Positions 48,832 to 60,200 of a stretch of 64,000 nt of DNA are shown here, piece by piece. Made by a program: the position numbers and the translations under genes. Position 1 is the stretch's first letter. The number at the start of each line of letters is the position of its first letter. The notes beneath the pieces were generated by a model. It ran no database searches, had not been told where the DNA came from, and saw only the letters and a program-made list of their open reading frames with translations. Location of the stretch: IMG/VR virus record IMGVR_UViG_3300018019_000008. One strand, 5' to 3'. The DNA comes from an uncultured virus (IMG/VR IMGVR_UViG_3300018019_000008) (Duplodnaviria > Heunggongvirae > Uroviricota > Caudoviricetes).

Positions 48832-49255
48832 TATGTTTTCTACATCCCCATTGGCAATTCCAACAAAGGACCCTAAACCCTTCTGGAAAATTGTTTTTTC
48901 TTAACCAAATATAAAAAATCCAACCACCAATCAAATGCCCTAATACTTTTTTTCGGTGTTGATTTCCGCCACCGTTAATGTGGTCAATAGTAAGGAAATC
49001 AAGTTCTCTTTCGCCGCAACAAGCGCATTTAGGCGGATTACCACCATAATGAGATAAAACTTGAATAATAAGTTTTTGACGATATTTTTTTGAGTGGTTT
49101 CTTTGTATTATTTTATTTTTTTCTGGGTTTTTCTTTTTCCAATCCTTATTTTTGGCATTCATTTCTTTTTTATGAGCTTGATAATAATTTTTAGCATATT
49201 CTGGATGTTTTTCATACCAATTTTTTTGAGATAATTTCCCCTTTTCTGTCGTCAT
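48794..49255 (-). CDS. HNH endonuclease (subfamily A), overlapping the polB start
   Basis: CACCGE...FLTIDHINGGG...FPEGFRVLCWNC; promoter at 49292-49308. Confidence 0.85.
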   Translation of the reverse strand: MTTEKGKLSQKNWYEKHPEYAKNYYQAHKKEMNAKNKDWKKKNPEKNKIIQRNHSKKYRQKLIIQVLSHYGGNPPKCACCGERELDFLTIDHINGGGNQHRKKVLGHLIGGWIFYIWLRKNNFPEGFRVLCWNCQWGCRKHNGVCSHVVHSKC

Positions 49256-49308
49256 AGTTTTAATACCTTATAGGTATATAACGCATTTCAAGTATTTAAG
49301 TCTTATGG

Positions 49309-49716
49309 TTATAGAAAAATTATAGATTTTCGTTTACCTAAACTCTGTGGTAACCAAACAAAGTCGCCCTCAGTAATTTTCTCTTCGTTAGCGTTTCCAA
49401 CCTTTACACATTTTCTAACGTCTGAAGAATTTAAGTGAGAAAAGCCTACTGCTTCATAAAATGGAATAGCTTCTGTTACCGACCAAACAACGATAGGCAT
49501 TTTTTCTTGTTCTGCAACTATTTTTAAAGCCTCAAATAATAGTCGCGCATATCCACATCGTCTATATGGTTCTTCTGTGCCAACAGCCGAAATCATTATT
49601 TGAGTAGCATCGAATGTGAATTCAAGTCTGGATGCTTCAAAGTTATCCACTAATGCTATTACAGTTTCATCTTTTAAGTTAAAGATAATAGATATGTTTT
49701 CTCTTACTTTTTGCAT
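49309..49716 (-). CDS. GNAT acetyltransferase
   Basis: YRRCGYARLLF and AIPFYEAVGF. Confidence 0.8.
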   Translation of the reverse strand: MQKVRENISIIFNLKDETVIALVDNFEASRLEFTFDATQIMISAVGTEEPYRRCGYARLLFEALKIVAEQEKMPIVVWSVTEAIPFYEAVGFSHLNSSDVRKCVKVGNANEEKITEGDFVWLPQSLGKRKSIIFL

Positions 49717-49759
49717 AAAGAGCTATTAGTCTTCGTCCTATTTAAACCTTACGAACTAA

Positions 49760-49775
49760 TTAATCAGTTGATTAA
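49760..49775. promoter_or_regulatory. Palindromic operator-like site
   Basis: TTAATCAGTTGATTAA, just upstream of the minus-strand promoter at 49738-49753. Confidence 0.7.
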
Positions 49776-49930
49776 AATATCGCTAAAACGACCCTGAACG
49801 CACACGTCAGTTCAAAAAAAGCATGGAAAAAAGTCCATCAAAAAAACGAACTGAGGTCATCCTAAAAACGACTTCTAAAATCGTAACCTTTAAATACTAC
49901 GCTATCAATTGTTATGGGTAGTGTAAAAAT

Positions 49931-50398
49931 ATGAATGTCAGTCTTAGAATAGCAGATACCGATTTAGGCACCGTAGCGAACGTTATATTCAGACCTCAGA
50001 AACGATTCAGAATGAAACTGTTTCCGCTCCCGCCAGACGAGTGGGTTGGACCACAAAAATGTACCGATTGCGGCGGCAAACCTGAGTTTCTTTTAGAAGA
50101 CATGAAACCTATTTGTAAAAAATGCATAGGTATCATAATGAAAGAAGTAATAATCAGCACCAAAAAAGAATCTCATGAAGAGCCGAGCATCCCAATTACT
50201 ATGGATGCAATTGCTAACTCGCGGTTTGAGTGGTCAACTGATAATGAAAAATGGTATTCCGTTAAGGGCAAAAACATTAAGACTGACCGAACAGACGTAT
50301 TCATACGGGACCTGAAGAAAAGCATTATTGAGAAACGTCCGTTAGCTCTTGAAGCAGATTACGAGAAAGAGACAAAAACACTAACTATTACTCTTTAA
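49931..50398 (+). CDS. Hypothetical Zn-finger protein
   Basis: CTDC and CKKC; promoter at 49882-49897. Confidence 0.6.
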   Translation: MNVSLRIADTDLGTVANVIFRPQKRFRMKLFPLPPDEWVGPQKCTDCGGKPEFLLEDMKPICKKCIGIIMKEVIISTKKESHEEPSIPITMDAIANSRFEWSTDNEKWYSVKGKNIKTDRTDVFIRDLKKSIIEKRPLALEADYEKETKTLTITL

Positions 50399-50902
50399 AT
50401 GCAGAGCTTGTATTGGCAAAACTTCGACTTTTTTACCAGTTTTCTCAAGTTTTTTCCACATGTATTTACATTCGCACATATTCATGTCAACGGGCGGGAA
50501 TCCTATTCTCCAATCATAAAGGTCTCTTAGTTCATGAGTCCGCCATATACTTGTTCCGAACGCCGCATGGTCTTGTTTAGTATTTGAGTAATAAAGAGCT
50601 ACAGCCCCCACATTCTGGGATTTTTCGAGAATTTCTATAGCTTGTTCTATATATTGTGGCGGCAATATAGTATCGACATCGAGACAAAGAACATATTTTG
50701 TAGAAACAAATTCTAAGCCAAATCGTCTAGCAAACCAAAATGTAGTATTTTGCTGAAAAAGGGATGAAACTTTAAGTGATTCTCCGCCCCCTTTGTTGAT
50801 AACTATCGTTAAATACTTCGAGAGAATTTCTTTGTTTCCTTCTGCAAACTTTTCTACGATTTCTAGTTTTTCAAAAACAGGAATAACAATTGTTAAGTCC
50901 AT
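50381..50902 (-). CDS. GT2-family glycosyltransferase
   Basis: LTIVIPVF, ARRFGL, YVLCLDVD; coupled to the tail gene. Confidence 0.75.
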   Translation of the reverse strand: MDLTIVIPVFEKLEIVEKFAEGNKEILSKYLTIVINKGGGESLKVSSLFQQNTTFWFARRFGLEFVSTKYVLCLDVDTILPPQYIEQAIEILEKSQNVGAVALYYSNTKQDHAAFGTSIWRTHELRDLYDWRIGFPPVDMNMCECKYMWKKLEKTGKKVEVLPIQALHLKSNS

Positions 50903-53900
50903 TACGAATCTGGTCCTTTAAAGATTGCTTTTATTGTTCCACTTCCCAAAGCTGTAACCATAGTAAAAGGATTGGTTGGGTCTGAGAAGGTAATTTGTGA
51001 TGGGTTATCTGTCCACCATGTAACAAATGTGTCTTCGCATGTATTGGGATACACAAATTGAAGAGTCTTTCCCTCTATTTGGCTATAATGCCCATTATAA
51101 GGTAAAGTAACAAAAAGTGACCACGGATATTCTGTACCGAGCCACATTCCGCCTAAATCAATGCTACCAGTTGTTTGATTAAGAGATGTAAAGTAAATTG
51201 CTGGGTCAACTGGTTCAATATATTCTGGAATGATAGAAGCTGGACCCCAGATAAGTATAGCCGCTCTGCTTTCTCGGTCAAAAGTATGTACATCATAAGT
51301 ATCTTCTTCTTGTACTAGACATGCATCACCGCTTATATTCCAAGCGTAAAATCCTTGACTATTTGTTGGAAGGAAGAAATAAAATACGTGAACTCCATAA
51401 TTCACAACAACAGGATTTGGCAAACAACCACTATTTTCCGAAGGAAGAGGTATAGAAGTCGGTTTTTCATCCATATAGAGAATTCCCATATGGTCAAATT
51501 CTCCGCCGTGACTACCACCAGCATCAACACCCCAACTATCAACGAGACTTAAAACTGCAAAGTCTGTATAAGATACTTCGCTGTTATTAGCTTGAATATA
51601 GAGAGTGTATTTCCACGGCTTTATCCAATTCATTGGGTCGAATTCCGCATCAAATTCTGAGACCCAAACATTTCCTACAATGTTATGAATATAATCTTCC
51701 AAATTCACTTTAACGTGATTTTGCAAAGTTATTTCCATAAGATGTTTCTCGTCATTGCTCATTCTGCCGTCATACTCAATGTCCAAAACGCACTCGTTCC
51801 AAAGATAGCTATCAACTTCGGCTGGTTGATTAACCCACTTTGGAATCATAGGTGGATGAGTATCGTCTCTATCAAAATTTAATATGTGAACTAATTTATG
51901 ATTGTCTAATGTTATGGCATTATTGGCAAACGGATTAGAAGAATAGTTTGGTTCATTGGCAGAAGAACCAGCATAAGAGTTTACATCAATTGTGGCTGTT
52001 ACCGTCCACCATCTAACGTATCTACCATCTTGCTCGATGTATTCATATGTATATTCTTTTTCCGTAATCCATCCGCTAAGGTACCATTGATATTTAGGCG
52101 GTTGAGATTGGCTTGGATGACCTGTTTCTGCTTGTGTGTGATGTGAATCTACATAGTTATATTGCAAATAGAAATTAGTGTAATAGTTAGAACCAGCAGT
52201 CGAAGCGTAACCATAAATCGACTCGAAAACATCTTTTTCTGCATCCGATAATCTAAATGTAGCATTGATTCGTTTAGGTTGAAGAACATATGAACCAGCA
52301 TCCAAATATTCTGATTCAGCCAATGGAGTTGGTCTAATAGCTGGGTCGCATTTTTGAGCTTCCTTCCAAGTTAATGGAGAAACCCATAAATCTCCACTTG
52401 GATTATTAATGTGCAATGTTGCTGTTGCATAAGCTGGTGGCGGAGCTTGACGTACTAAAACACAATCCATACCTTCGGTTTTTGATATGTTCTTCTTCTT
52501 GAAATCTGTGTTTATAAAATCAAATGATGAACCTCTTCCTGTAAACCTTACGCTTAATGAGGGAGATTTTGTTAGTCCACTAAAGATTAGTTTTGTACTT
52601 AAACTATAAGTTGGTTTTATGGCAAGTCTCTTATATAAATTGCTAATTCCATAAAATGACCATTGGTGCACTTGCCAAAGACGAACATCCATACTATAAA
52701 GTGCTCCAAGTTTAGGTATATTCCACAACCGCACGTCCATACCGTAAGTTTGCGTTACGCCAAGTTCCTTGAACAAAACACTAAGCGAATCTGTTTTTGT
52801 TATTCCGAGCTTCTTGAATAGAACACCAATAGTGTCTATCTTGGTAACTCCGAGCTTCTTAAATAAAACGCTAATCGAGTCGGTGTCGCTTATATTAAGT
52901 TTTTTAAGCAAAACGCTGGTTGAGTCGGTTTTCTTTATGGCAAGTTCCTTGAACAAAACACTAAGCGAATCTGTTTTTGTTATTCCGAGCTTCTTGAATA
53001 GAACACCAATAGTGTCTATCTTGGTAACTCCGAGCTTCTTAAATAAGGTGTTAATTGAATCAGTCTCAGTTATATCCAACTTCTTTAATTGAGCACTCAT
53101 AACATCAGTTTTAGTTTTAAGTTTCTTTAATACAACACTTATTGTATCTGTTGGATAATGTGTTATTGATGTTGTTAAACCAACAAACCTAACATTGTAA
53201 GGGTTTGAACTTTGATTACCATATAAGAGCATAATTGTGCCATTATAAGGATAATAACAAGAAGAAAAGCCATTATTGCTTGTCAAAGCTGTTTCACTTG
53301 TTATCCATGCTGTTACTGAACCCCATGCACTTGAGCTATATTCCCTATAGTAAAGATAGTTTGCTGTCGGAGCATCGCCCCAAAAGACAAATAAATTACC
53401 GTTTGCGGCTGCTGTTATCGTAGGGTCATAACCAGCAACAGCACTACTTTGAATAGTATATTCTGCACCAAAAGAATTACCAGAGTATGTATATTTAATA
53501 TATTGTAAATTGTTAGAAGTATTAATCCAAGCTATGCTTACGTTATCTCCAACAGCAATAGAACTAACACGGTTATTTGAATTCACATCCGTAGAAGAAG
53601 TAACTGTTGCGTTCCAACCCGAACCTGTATAGCTTTCCAAAGAGATTAAATTTGAGCCATAAGACCAAATACAAGCCATTTTTCCTGATGTTAAAGGTAT
53701 AACAGCAACGTAATAACTAGCTTGTGCTGATGAAGATAATTGATATGGAAATCCTGATGGTGGACTACCCCATGTTCCAGTACTACCAAGATTACCACTT
53801 TTAATTACATAAGGCGTAAAACTTGTACCACTATTAGCGGAATCTTCATAACTTATCAAAACGTACCCGTTAGAATCAACACAAATACTCGGATAGCCAC

Positions 53901-54264
53901 AATAATTATTTGTCGTTGAAACTGTCTGTTCACCAGCATTCCATGTTATTGTACCGTTACTATTAGGAGTACCACTTCTATAATAAAGGGCAACGTGAAC
54001 AGACCACACATAATAAAAGTATGTGCCATCGAACCATATGGAGAAATAGTTTCCATTGGTAGAAGCTCTTATTACCCCAGAAGCAGTTGCTCCAAGTGTC
54101 CACGTTGTACCATCAGGACTTGTATAATAAAGTATGTTAGTTCCGTTACTAAAGAATACCCAATATAAACCATTAGCATAAAAGCATTTACGTTGATGAG
54201 GAAGAGAAGTTGATTGACTAGTTGCACTCGTAGTAACTGTTGAGGGTCCAATAGTTGTTGTCAT
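50902..54264 (-). CDS. Tail/baseplate-associated protein: propeller-like N-terminus, 15-aa repeats, C-terminal beta domains
   Basis: YTSPDGTTW Asp-box-like motif, S/T/N/G-rich region, repeat stalk, position in the tail module. Confidence 0.65.
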   Translation of the reverse strand: MTTTIGPSTVTTSATSQSTSLPHQRKCFYANGLYWVFFSNGTNILYYTSPDGTTWTLGATASGVIRASTNGNYFSIWFDGTYFYYVWSVHVALYYRSGTPNSNGTITWNAGEQTVSTTNNYCGYPSICVDSNGYVLISYEDSANSGTSFTPYVIKSGNLGSTGTWGSPPSGFPYQLSSSAQASYYVAVIPLTSGKMACIWSYGSNLISLESYTGSGWNATVTSSTDVNSNNRVSSIAVGDNVSIAWINTSNNLQYIKYTYSGNSFGAEYTIQSSAVAGYDPTITAAANGNLFVFWGDAPTANYLYYREYSSSAWGSVTAWITSETALTSNNGFSSCYYPYNGTIMLLYGNQSSNPYNVRFVGLTTSITHYPTDTISVVLKKLKTKTDVMSAQLKKLDITETDSINTLFKKLGVTKIDTIGVLFKKLGITKTDSLSVLFKELAIKKTDSTSVLLKKLNISDTDSISVLFKKLGVTKIDTIGVLFKKLGITKTDSLSVLFKELGVTQTYGMDVRLWNIPKLGALYSMDVRLWQVHQWSFYGISNLYKRLAIKPTYSLSTKLIFSGLTKSPSLSVRFTGRGSSFDFINTDFKKKNISKTEGMDCVLVRQAPPPAYATATLHINNPSGDLWVSPLTWKEAQKCDPAIRPTPLAESEYLDAGSYVLQPKRINATFRLSDAEKDVFESIYGYASTAGSNYYTNFYLQYNYVDSHHTQAETGHPSQSQPPKYQWYLSGWITEKEYTYEYIEQDGRYVRWWTVTATIDVNSYAGSSANEPNYSSNPFANNAITLDNHKLVHILNFDRDDTHPPMIPKWVNQPAEVDSYLWNECVLDIEYDGRMSNDEKHLMEITLQNHVKVNLEDYIHNIVGNVWVSEFDAEFDPMNWIKPWKYTLYIQANNSEVSYTDFAVLSLVDSWGVDAGGSHGGEFDHMGILYMDEKPTSIPLPSENSGCLPNPVVVNYGVHVFYFFLPTNSQGFYAWNISGDACLVQEEDTYDVHTFDRESRAAILIWGPASIIPEYIEPVDPAIYFTSLNQTTGSIDLGGMWLGTEYPWSLFVTLPYNGHYSQIEGKTLQFVYPNTCEDTFVTWWTDNPSQITFSDPTNPFTMVTALGSGTIKAIFKGPDS
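52761..53046. repeat. Exact 106-bp direct repeat (52761-52866 and 52941-53046) within a 45-bp-period array
   Basis: Identical sequence at 180-bp spacing. Confidence 0.9.
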
Positions 54265-54275
54265 TTCATATTCCC

Positions 54276-57200
54276 CTAAGTATTTCCATCGCTAAGTACG
54301 TTTCGCTGGCACTTTATATTGAAGAAGTGAGCTACACATCTGTAATATGGCGGATTATCTGGGGTTGGATGTGAGCCAGACGCTAAGATGTATATAGGTC
54401 GAACTGTTATACTGCTCAAATATTGTGAAGTGCCTTGTTGATTAGGTGTATTGAATGATGTGTAAACCGCGCTATAAACTGGTGGGTTATTTATGTCTGT
54501 GTTTGCTATAGTGAAAAGAACTTCTGGGAGTGCATTTCCATATTGGACACCGTTAAATTCTACTTGTATTGTAGCTTTGTAATGAGTGTTAGATAAAATA
54601 CCGCACATAAATTTAGCTTTACCGTTAGTAATCATAGTCGATACTGGAACATATAACGCCTCATTGTATCCCCCTTCACCATAAGGAGCACCAGTATAGT
54701 AATCTGACGCTTGAGCAGAAAAACAAGCATATACATAGAATTCTCCTTTTGCTACACAAACTATTCTAAAGAAGAACCCTGTTCCGTATCCAAGATAAGC
54801 ACTTTCGCCGTTAGCTGTATTTACTCCTGAAGATGGATTAGACATCATTCCAACATCAATATAATCTCCTATATTCCATATAGTACCACTACTGCCTGAC
54901 TTGCTATATGGCGGATTAGCTGGTTCATAAACTTCAAAGGTTGTAGTAAACTTTGGCTCTTGTGTTAATGGAATATCAGTTGCTTGTCCCTGTAAATTGT
55001 TTCCACCAGCATCGAAACATTTGTTACTATATCTTGCTTCTTGCCATACTATTCCTATGTTAGTTTTATCTCCACCCCAGATAGCGCAATTAGAAGTATC
55101 GGCTTTCCATCCAGCGTCATTACTTGGTGAATAACCACTTGGACCGTTTGTTTGTGGGAACCATTGTGGGTCACTTGAACCTTGACCTGTAGTTACTTCC
55201 TCGTTTTTCGCCGTTTTACTAAAGAGAGTTGATAATTTGTCTGGATTAACTTTATTCGATTGTGCTCCTTCAGCCGCCCAATCAGTTGCGATAACACCCA
55301 TTATTCCCAATGTCTTCAATTGCTTATAAACATCTTTCCAAACATTGCTGATGTCGAGATAAGGTGCCTGACAAGTTAATGTTATGTTTTCACCATTTTC
55401 ATCAACTTTTGCTTCGGTATTCCAAATTCTATATGCGCTTGTTAGGTTGTTTGGAATTGCATTAGGTACTAACCCAGACAGAACATCATTAAGTACAACG
55501 TCATCTCCAACATCGTAAATATTGGGGTTTGAAGAGTTAAAACCATGTTCATATGTGTCTCTTCCTATTTTACATGTTATTGCATTCTTTCTTTTCGGGC
55601 TTGCATCAATCTTCAATCTAACTTTAGCATATCTATCAGCGATTCTGCCACCAGCAACTTGTTTCTGGGTGAAAATATCTTCGAAGAATCCCTGAATTTC
55701 ATCCATAGCTTCTGAATCATTTGACCATATTGAGCTAGAATCTTCTTGATTCTTTCCTTCGCCACTTCCTATTACTTGAACTCTTTGATAAGTATCTCGT
55801 GAAGTTCGCTGGTATTTAACTGATTGCATATTTGTTCCTGTTACAAACGAGACAGAAGTGGACTTGTCGCTTCCTACTCTTGGACCCATATGGAAGTCTC
55901 CGATACAATTAAGAGGGTCATGAACTGATGGAGATTCTATCCACCATTCAAATGGCAAATAATCGTCATTTACCATCGTACCTATATCGAAAAGAATGTC
56001 CATTAATCTGTTTTTTGGAATGTTGGTTGGACCAATCATGAAAAGGTCACCTTGCGTATATCCCGAAGGATTTCCCGTTTGCTCGCTGTATGATATGAGA
56101 TTTAAGTCAATATCAGCATCAGCTAAATAGATATATGGACCCCCGCTATAAACAGGTCCAATGTATGCGTAACAAATCCCGTTACCAACTCCATCTCCGC
56201 CGTCAGGAGTATATAAAAGAATTACATCATTTTGTTTAGGAGCATAAACCCCGTTAGTTGCATCGACACGCCATTCATAAACGTAAAAAGGACTTTCATA
56301 TGTACCTATGTCAACATAATTGTTCTGTCCATCATCAATAAGTATTCCTATAAAATTTTGTGGAGCAAAAGAATTAGCATAAACTTGCAATCCTAAATCT
56401 GTATTAACAGTTGGACTATATGTTTGACTATAATCAATGTTAAAGTTTCCTTCTATGAAACTAGCGTATGCAGAAGAAACATACATATGGTCGATTGGAT
56501 TAGTAAATGTAGTTTCTGTAGGATAAGGAGAAGTAGGAATCCCACTACCATTAAACGGAATTATATTTCCAGTAGATATTGGAGTAATCGAATTATCTCC
56601 CTCAATAATTAACAATCCATATGTTCCTTGAATAAAGGAGACAGTAATAGTTTGAGAATAAGTGCCTGAAAGATTACTATATACCCCAACAATACCATTA
56701 CTGCTAATACCCCAGAAATATACAATCCAAGTTCCAGTATAAGAATTAAGGTCTATTTCAAACCATTCCTGAGTTAAACTTCCGTTTGCAAAGATAACTT
56801 TAACTAAATCGGTTGTATTTGTATCTTGCAAAGTTGAAGTATCTAGAATTAAACTAAAATTATTATAGAATTTTACGTTACCTTGCGAAGTTGTTAGTAT
56901 TGTTTCTCCCGCATTTACCTGAGCATAAGTAGCGGTATATTCCTCTGCCGTACCTGTTTCTGTGAATTCTATTTTATATTCCTTTGTTTTTTGTACTGCT
57001 GAAGGGTCTGTTACGTTATTTGGTAGTAATGCTTCATCCCATCTTACCCAATACTTTACGGGGTCCGTTCTATAGATGTAGGTTTGAGTAATTTCCCATC
57101 CATGATTATAATTATCGCTTTTAGATTCGCTGATTGATGTTCCCAATCCCGCCGCTGGGTCAGCATAGATTTTTACATTTGTCATATTTCGTGGGTGCCA

Positions 57201-60200
57201 GCTATGTAAAATATCTGGATAAATATTTTGAAGGTGACACATAGCTTGGTTAGCAGTAGTGTAAGAATGAACAAGCGGATTTTGTAGAGTAATTGTGTTT
57301 CCATTTACCGATTCTATAACATTGATTTCACAATTTGTTGGATTGCCATTCGGGTCGAAAGTATCCATGATTCCTATATTCATACTTGGTTGGAAGAAGG
57401 CATTTGGAGCACTCGAAAGAACTATTGTTGATGAGCCTTTAGATGCATTTGAAGCCAAAGTTATAGGTTGATATGTATTAACTAAAGTTATTTCTGGTCC
57501 AAGTCCAGCAGATATAACTCCTAAAGTGTATGTTTCTGATTGAGTATTTATATCCATTGCATCGAGAAAAGTAGCGTAAGTAGAACCACTTCCATATACT
57601 TGTAAATTCGGGTCATACTCAGCTTCAAAATCAACTGTATCTATAGTTCCAGCATTATTGAGGGAAGTAAATTGAGCGAGTAAAACTGGTGTGCCGCTGG
57701 TAATATTGTACAGTTGTACATATCCAGAACCAGCAGAAAGAGAAGCTATTAACCTAATTTGAATCCATGTACCATTAATAATAGGGAAATCAGTCCAACT
57801 TGTACCCCATTCTCCATTTAGAACAAGATTACCATTTTCCATAAGGAAAAATCTCATGTATTGTTGATTGGAATTTGCATATAAACTGGTTTCAACTCCA
57901 ACAACGGCGGCGCAAGATGTCATATTTGGATTTGGACGAGCGACAGATGAACTATTATAAAGTTTCAATAGATTAATCCAACCATAAGATAAAGTTCCAT
58001 TGAAGTTAAGTAAAACTTGCCCGATTTGGAATTGAGCATATGCTGGATTACCTGATGTTTCAATGCTTCCAACAATAGAAAACTTTACTTGTGCGCTCAT
58101 CCAATCATCGTAAGATGTCAAATATGAAGATATGTCAGTTGGTGCAAACAAGTTTGCCCAAGATGTGCTTGAAAATTGATTTCCAGAATCAGCAACTTGT
58201 ACCCAACTACCTGAGTGCGCTACCCATAAGAATGCTTGAACCCGTATATTTTGTATAGCACCGTTTCCGCCTATGTTATTTTGGATTCTTGCTGATACGT
58301 TAAAGTGACAAGGACTTGTAGGTACACATGCAGTACCATTCGTACTGAAAGCATTAGCTAAGTTATCAAATGTGCAATAGTCAGCAGAAGCCCATGTAGG
58401 AACTACAGTACCTAAAACATAAATATGGTTATCATCTTCATCACTACTTGTTCTAACATATGGTGCCGTACCAGCCGTAAGCCAATGGTTACTACCAGCC
58501 TGATTCCAAGTAGCCGCCATTACATTGCCATTTTTGCTCTGATTATGCGGTGGCGGAGCACGAACCCAAGCATCTACTTGAACAAAAGATGTGGGATTAA
58601 TATCTTCCTCAAAATACCATTTTTGACCGTTAGCAGTACATTGTATTTGTTGGCATCCAGTTCCTTGTATTTGTTGTGTAGTGTTTGTTGAGTCTTGAGC
58701 GTTTCCACCAAAAGTGCTCCAAGTATTGGCTGTACTTGATTGAGCAGTAAAATCATCAATCCATACTCCATAACCATCAAAAGATGCTGTGTCGATGAAG
58801 ATATTTACAACTTGTTTCGTATTGTTTGTCCAAGCATTTGCTTTAGCATCCTCAAAAATCCAACCAGTTTGAGTAGAAACTATAACAATGGGAGATAATG
58901 TATTGTCGCTATAGACTAAATAATACTGGAATCGTTTACCTTGAACTTGACCTCTATGCCAGAACCCTAAACTTGTACAATTATTATACACTACAGACGG
59001 ATTAAAGTTTGCTGATTGTGTAGCTGTACATTCTTCAGGAACATTAAAACTAGATTCTGTGCATGGCATATATAAGTCCCATATTCCGCTATGTGCATTA
59101 GTGCCATCATTATAAATTTCGGCATTAGAAAGAAGCCATCCCGTACTATCGCCAGTTTCAAAGCCGCCGTTAATAAATTGTTGTCCGCCACTTGTAAAAG
59201 CGTCCATATTATTGGAATAAATTTCTGCTAATCCCTCAAAAGCATAAGATATTGCCATATAACGATATGTAAATGTATCCCCAGCATTAGTAATTGGACA
59301 ACTCCAAATTAATTCACTTTGTTTCATAGTTCCAGCATTATAGATATAATATGTAAGGGTTGTACCACTTCTTATAACCTGAACCCAATATGTAGTACCT
59401 ATAGAAAGATTACTTATTCCATTAACAAACGTTCCAGCGAAATATGTTTCTGTACCATAACTACTGCCTTTATATCTAACTTCTGGGTATAATACCCCGC
59501 CTATGTTAATAATATCGAAAGTAGTGAAAGCACCAGCTTCTTGCTCTATTGTGTAAAAGTTTGCTATTTGATTAGCCAAACACCACGGTATAAATGCTGG
59601 CGCATTATGTGGAGATGTTGATGTAGAACAAGGTTGAGAAGTTCCTATATTAAAGGCAAAACTTTCATTAATAGTTCCGTTTATAGGACCAGTTTCAGTT
59701 GCGTTTATTCCTTGTCTGTAGAAATATGCAATTTTACTTGAATTATCGCTTTGATAAGAATAAAACGTAAGTTGGTCTTGTCCAGCATCTAAAGCAAGAT
59801 AAGGTGGGTTTGGTGTTGATGCCTCATAGAGAGTATAGCCATTAAAAAGTTCTAGTCCACCCGAAGTTGTAATATGATAAGCGGCTGGAAATGAATTAAT
59901 ATGCTCTCTGCTTTCAAGATAAACCCCCATACATGGGATTTCATTAAATTGTATATTAACCCAATCTGGATTATGACCAGAAGTTTTAGTAGGATTTGGG
60001 TAAATAGTTCCGCCACTTGCATATCCAACTTGGAGATAACAGTAACGAATGTAAGTAGAAAGAAGACCTAATTCTACGAATTTTATTCTCGCGTTATTTA
60101 CATCGCCAACATTCGTAAGAACATGTGAAAGGTCAATAGTATATATTCTCCAAGCTAATTTATTTATGTCATAAATACTTCCAAACGTGAGACTTGCAAG

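Noticed and set aside
52761..53046. CRISPR array or DGR template/variable repeat
   Set aside because: The repeats are in-frame coding units with no spacers, no adenine-specific mismatches, and no cas or reverse transcriptase gene in the window.
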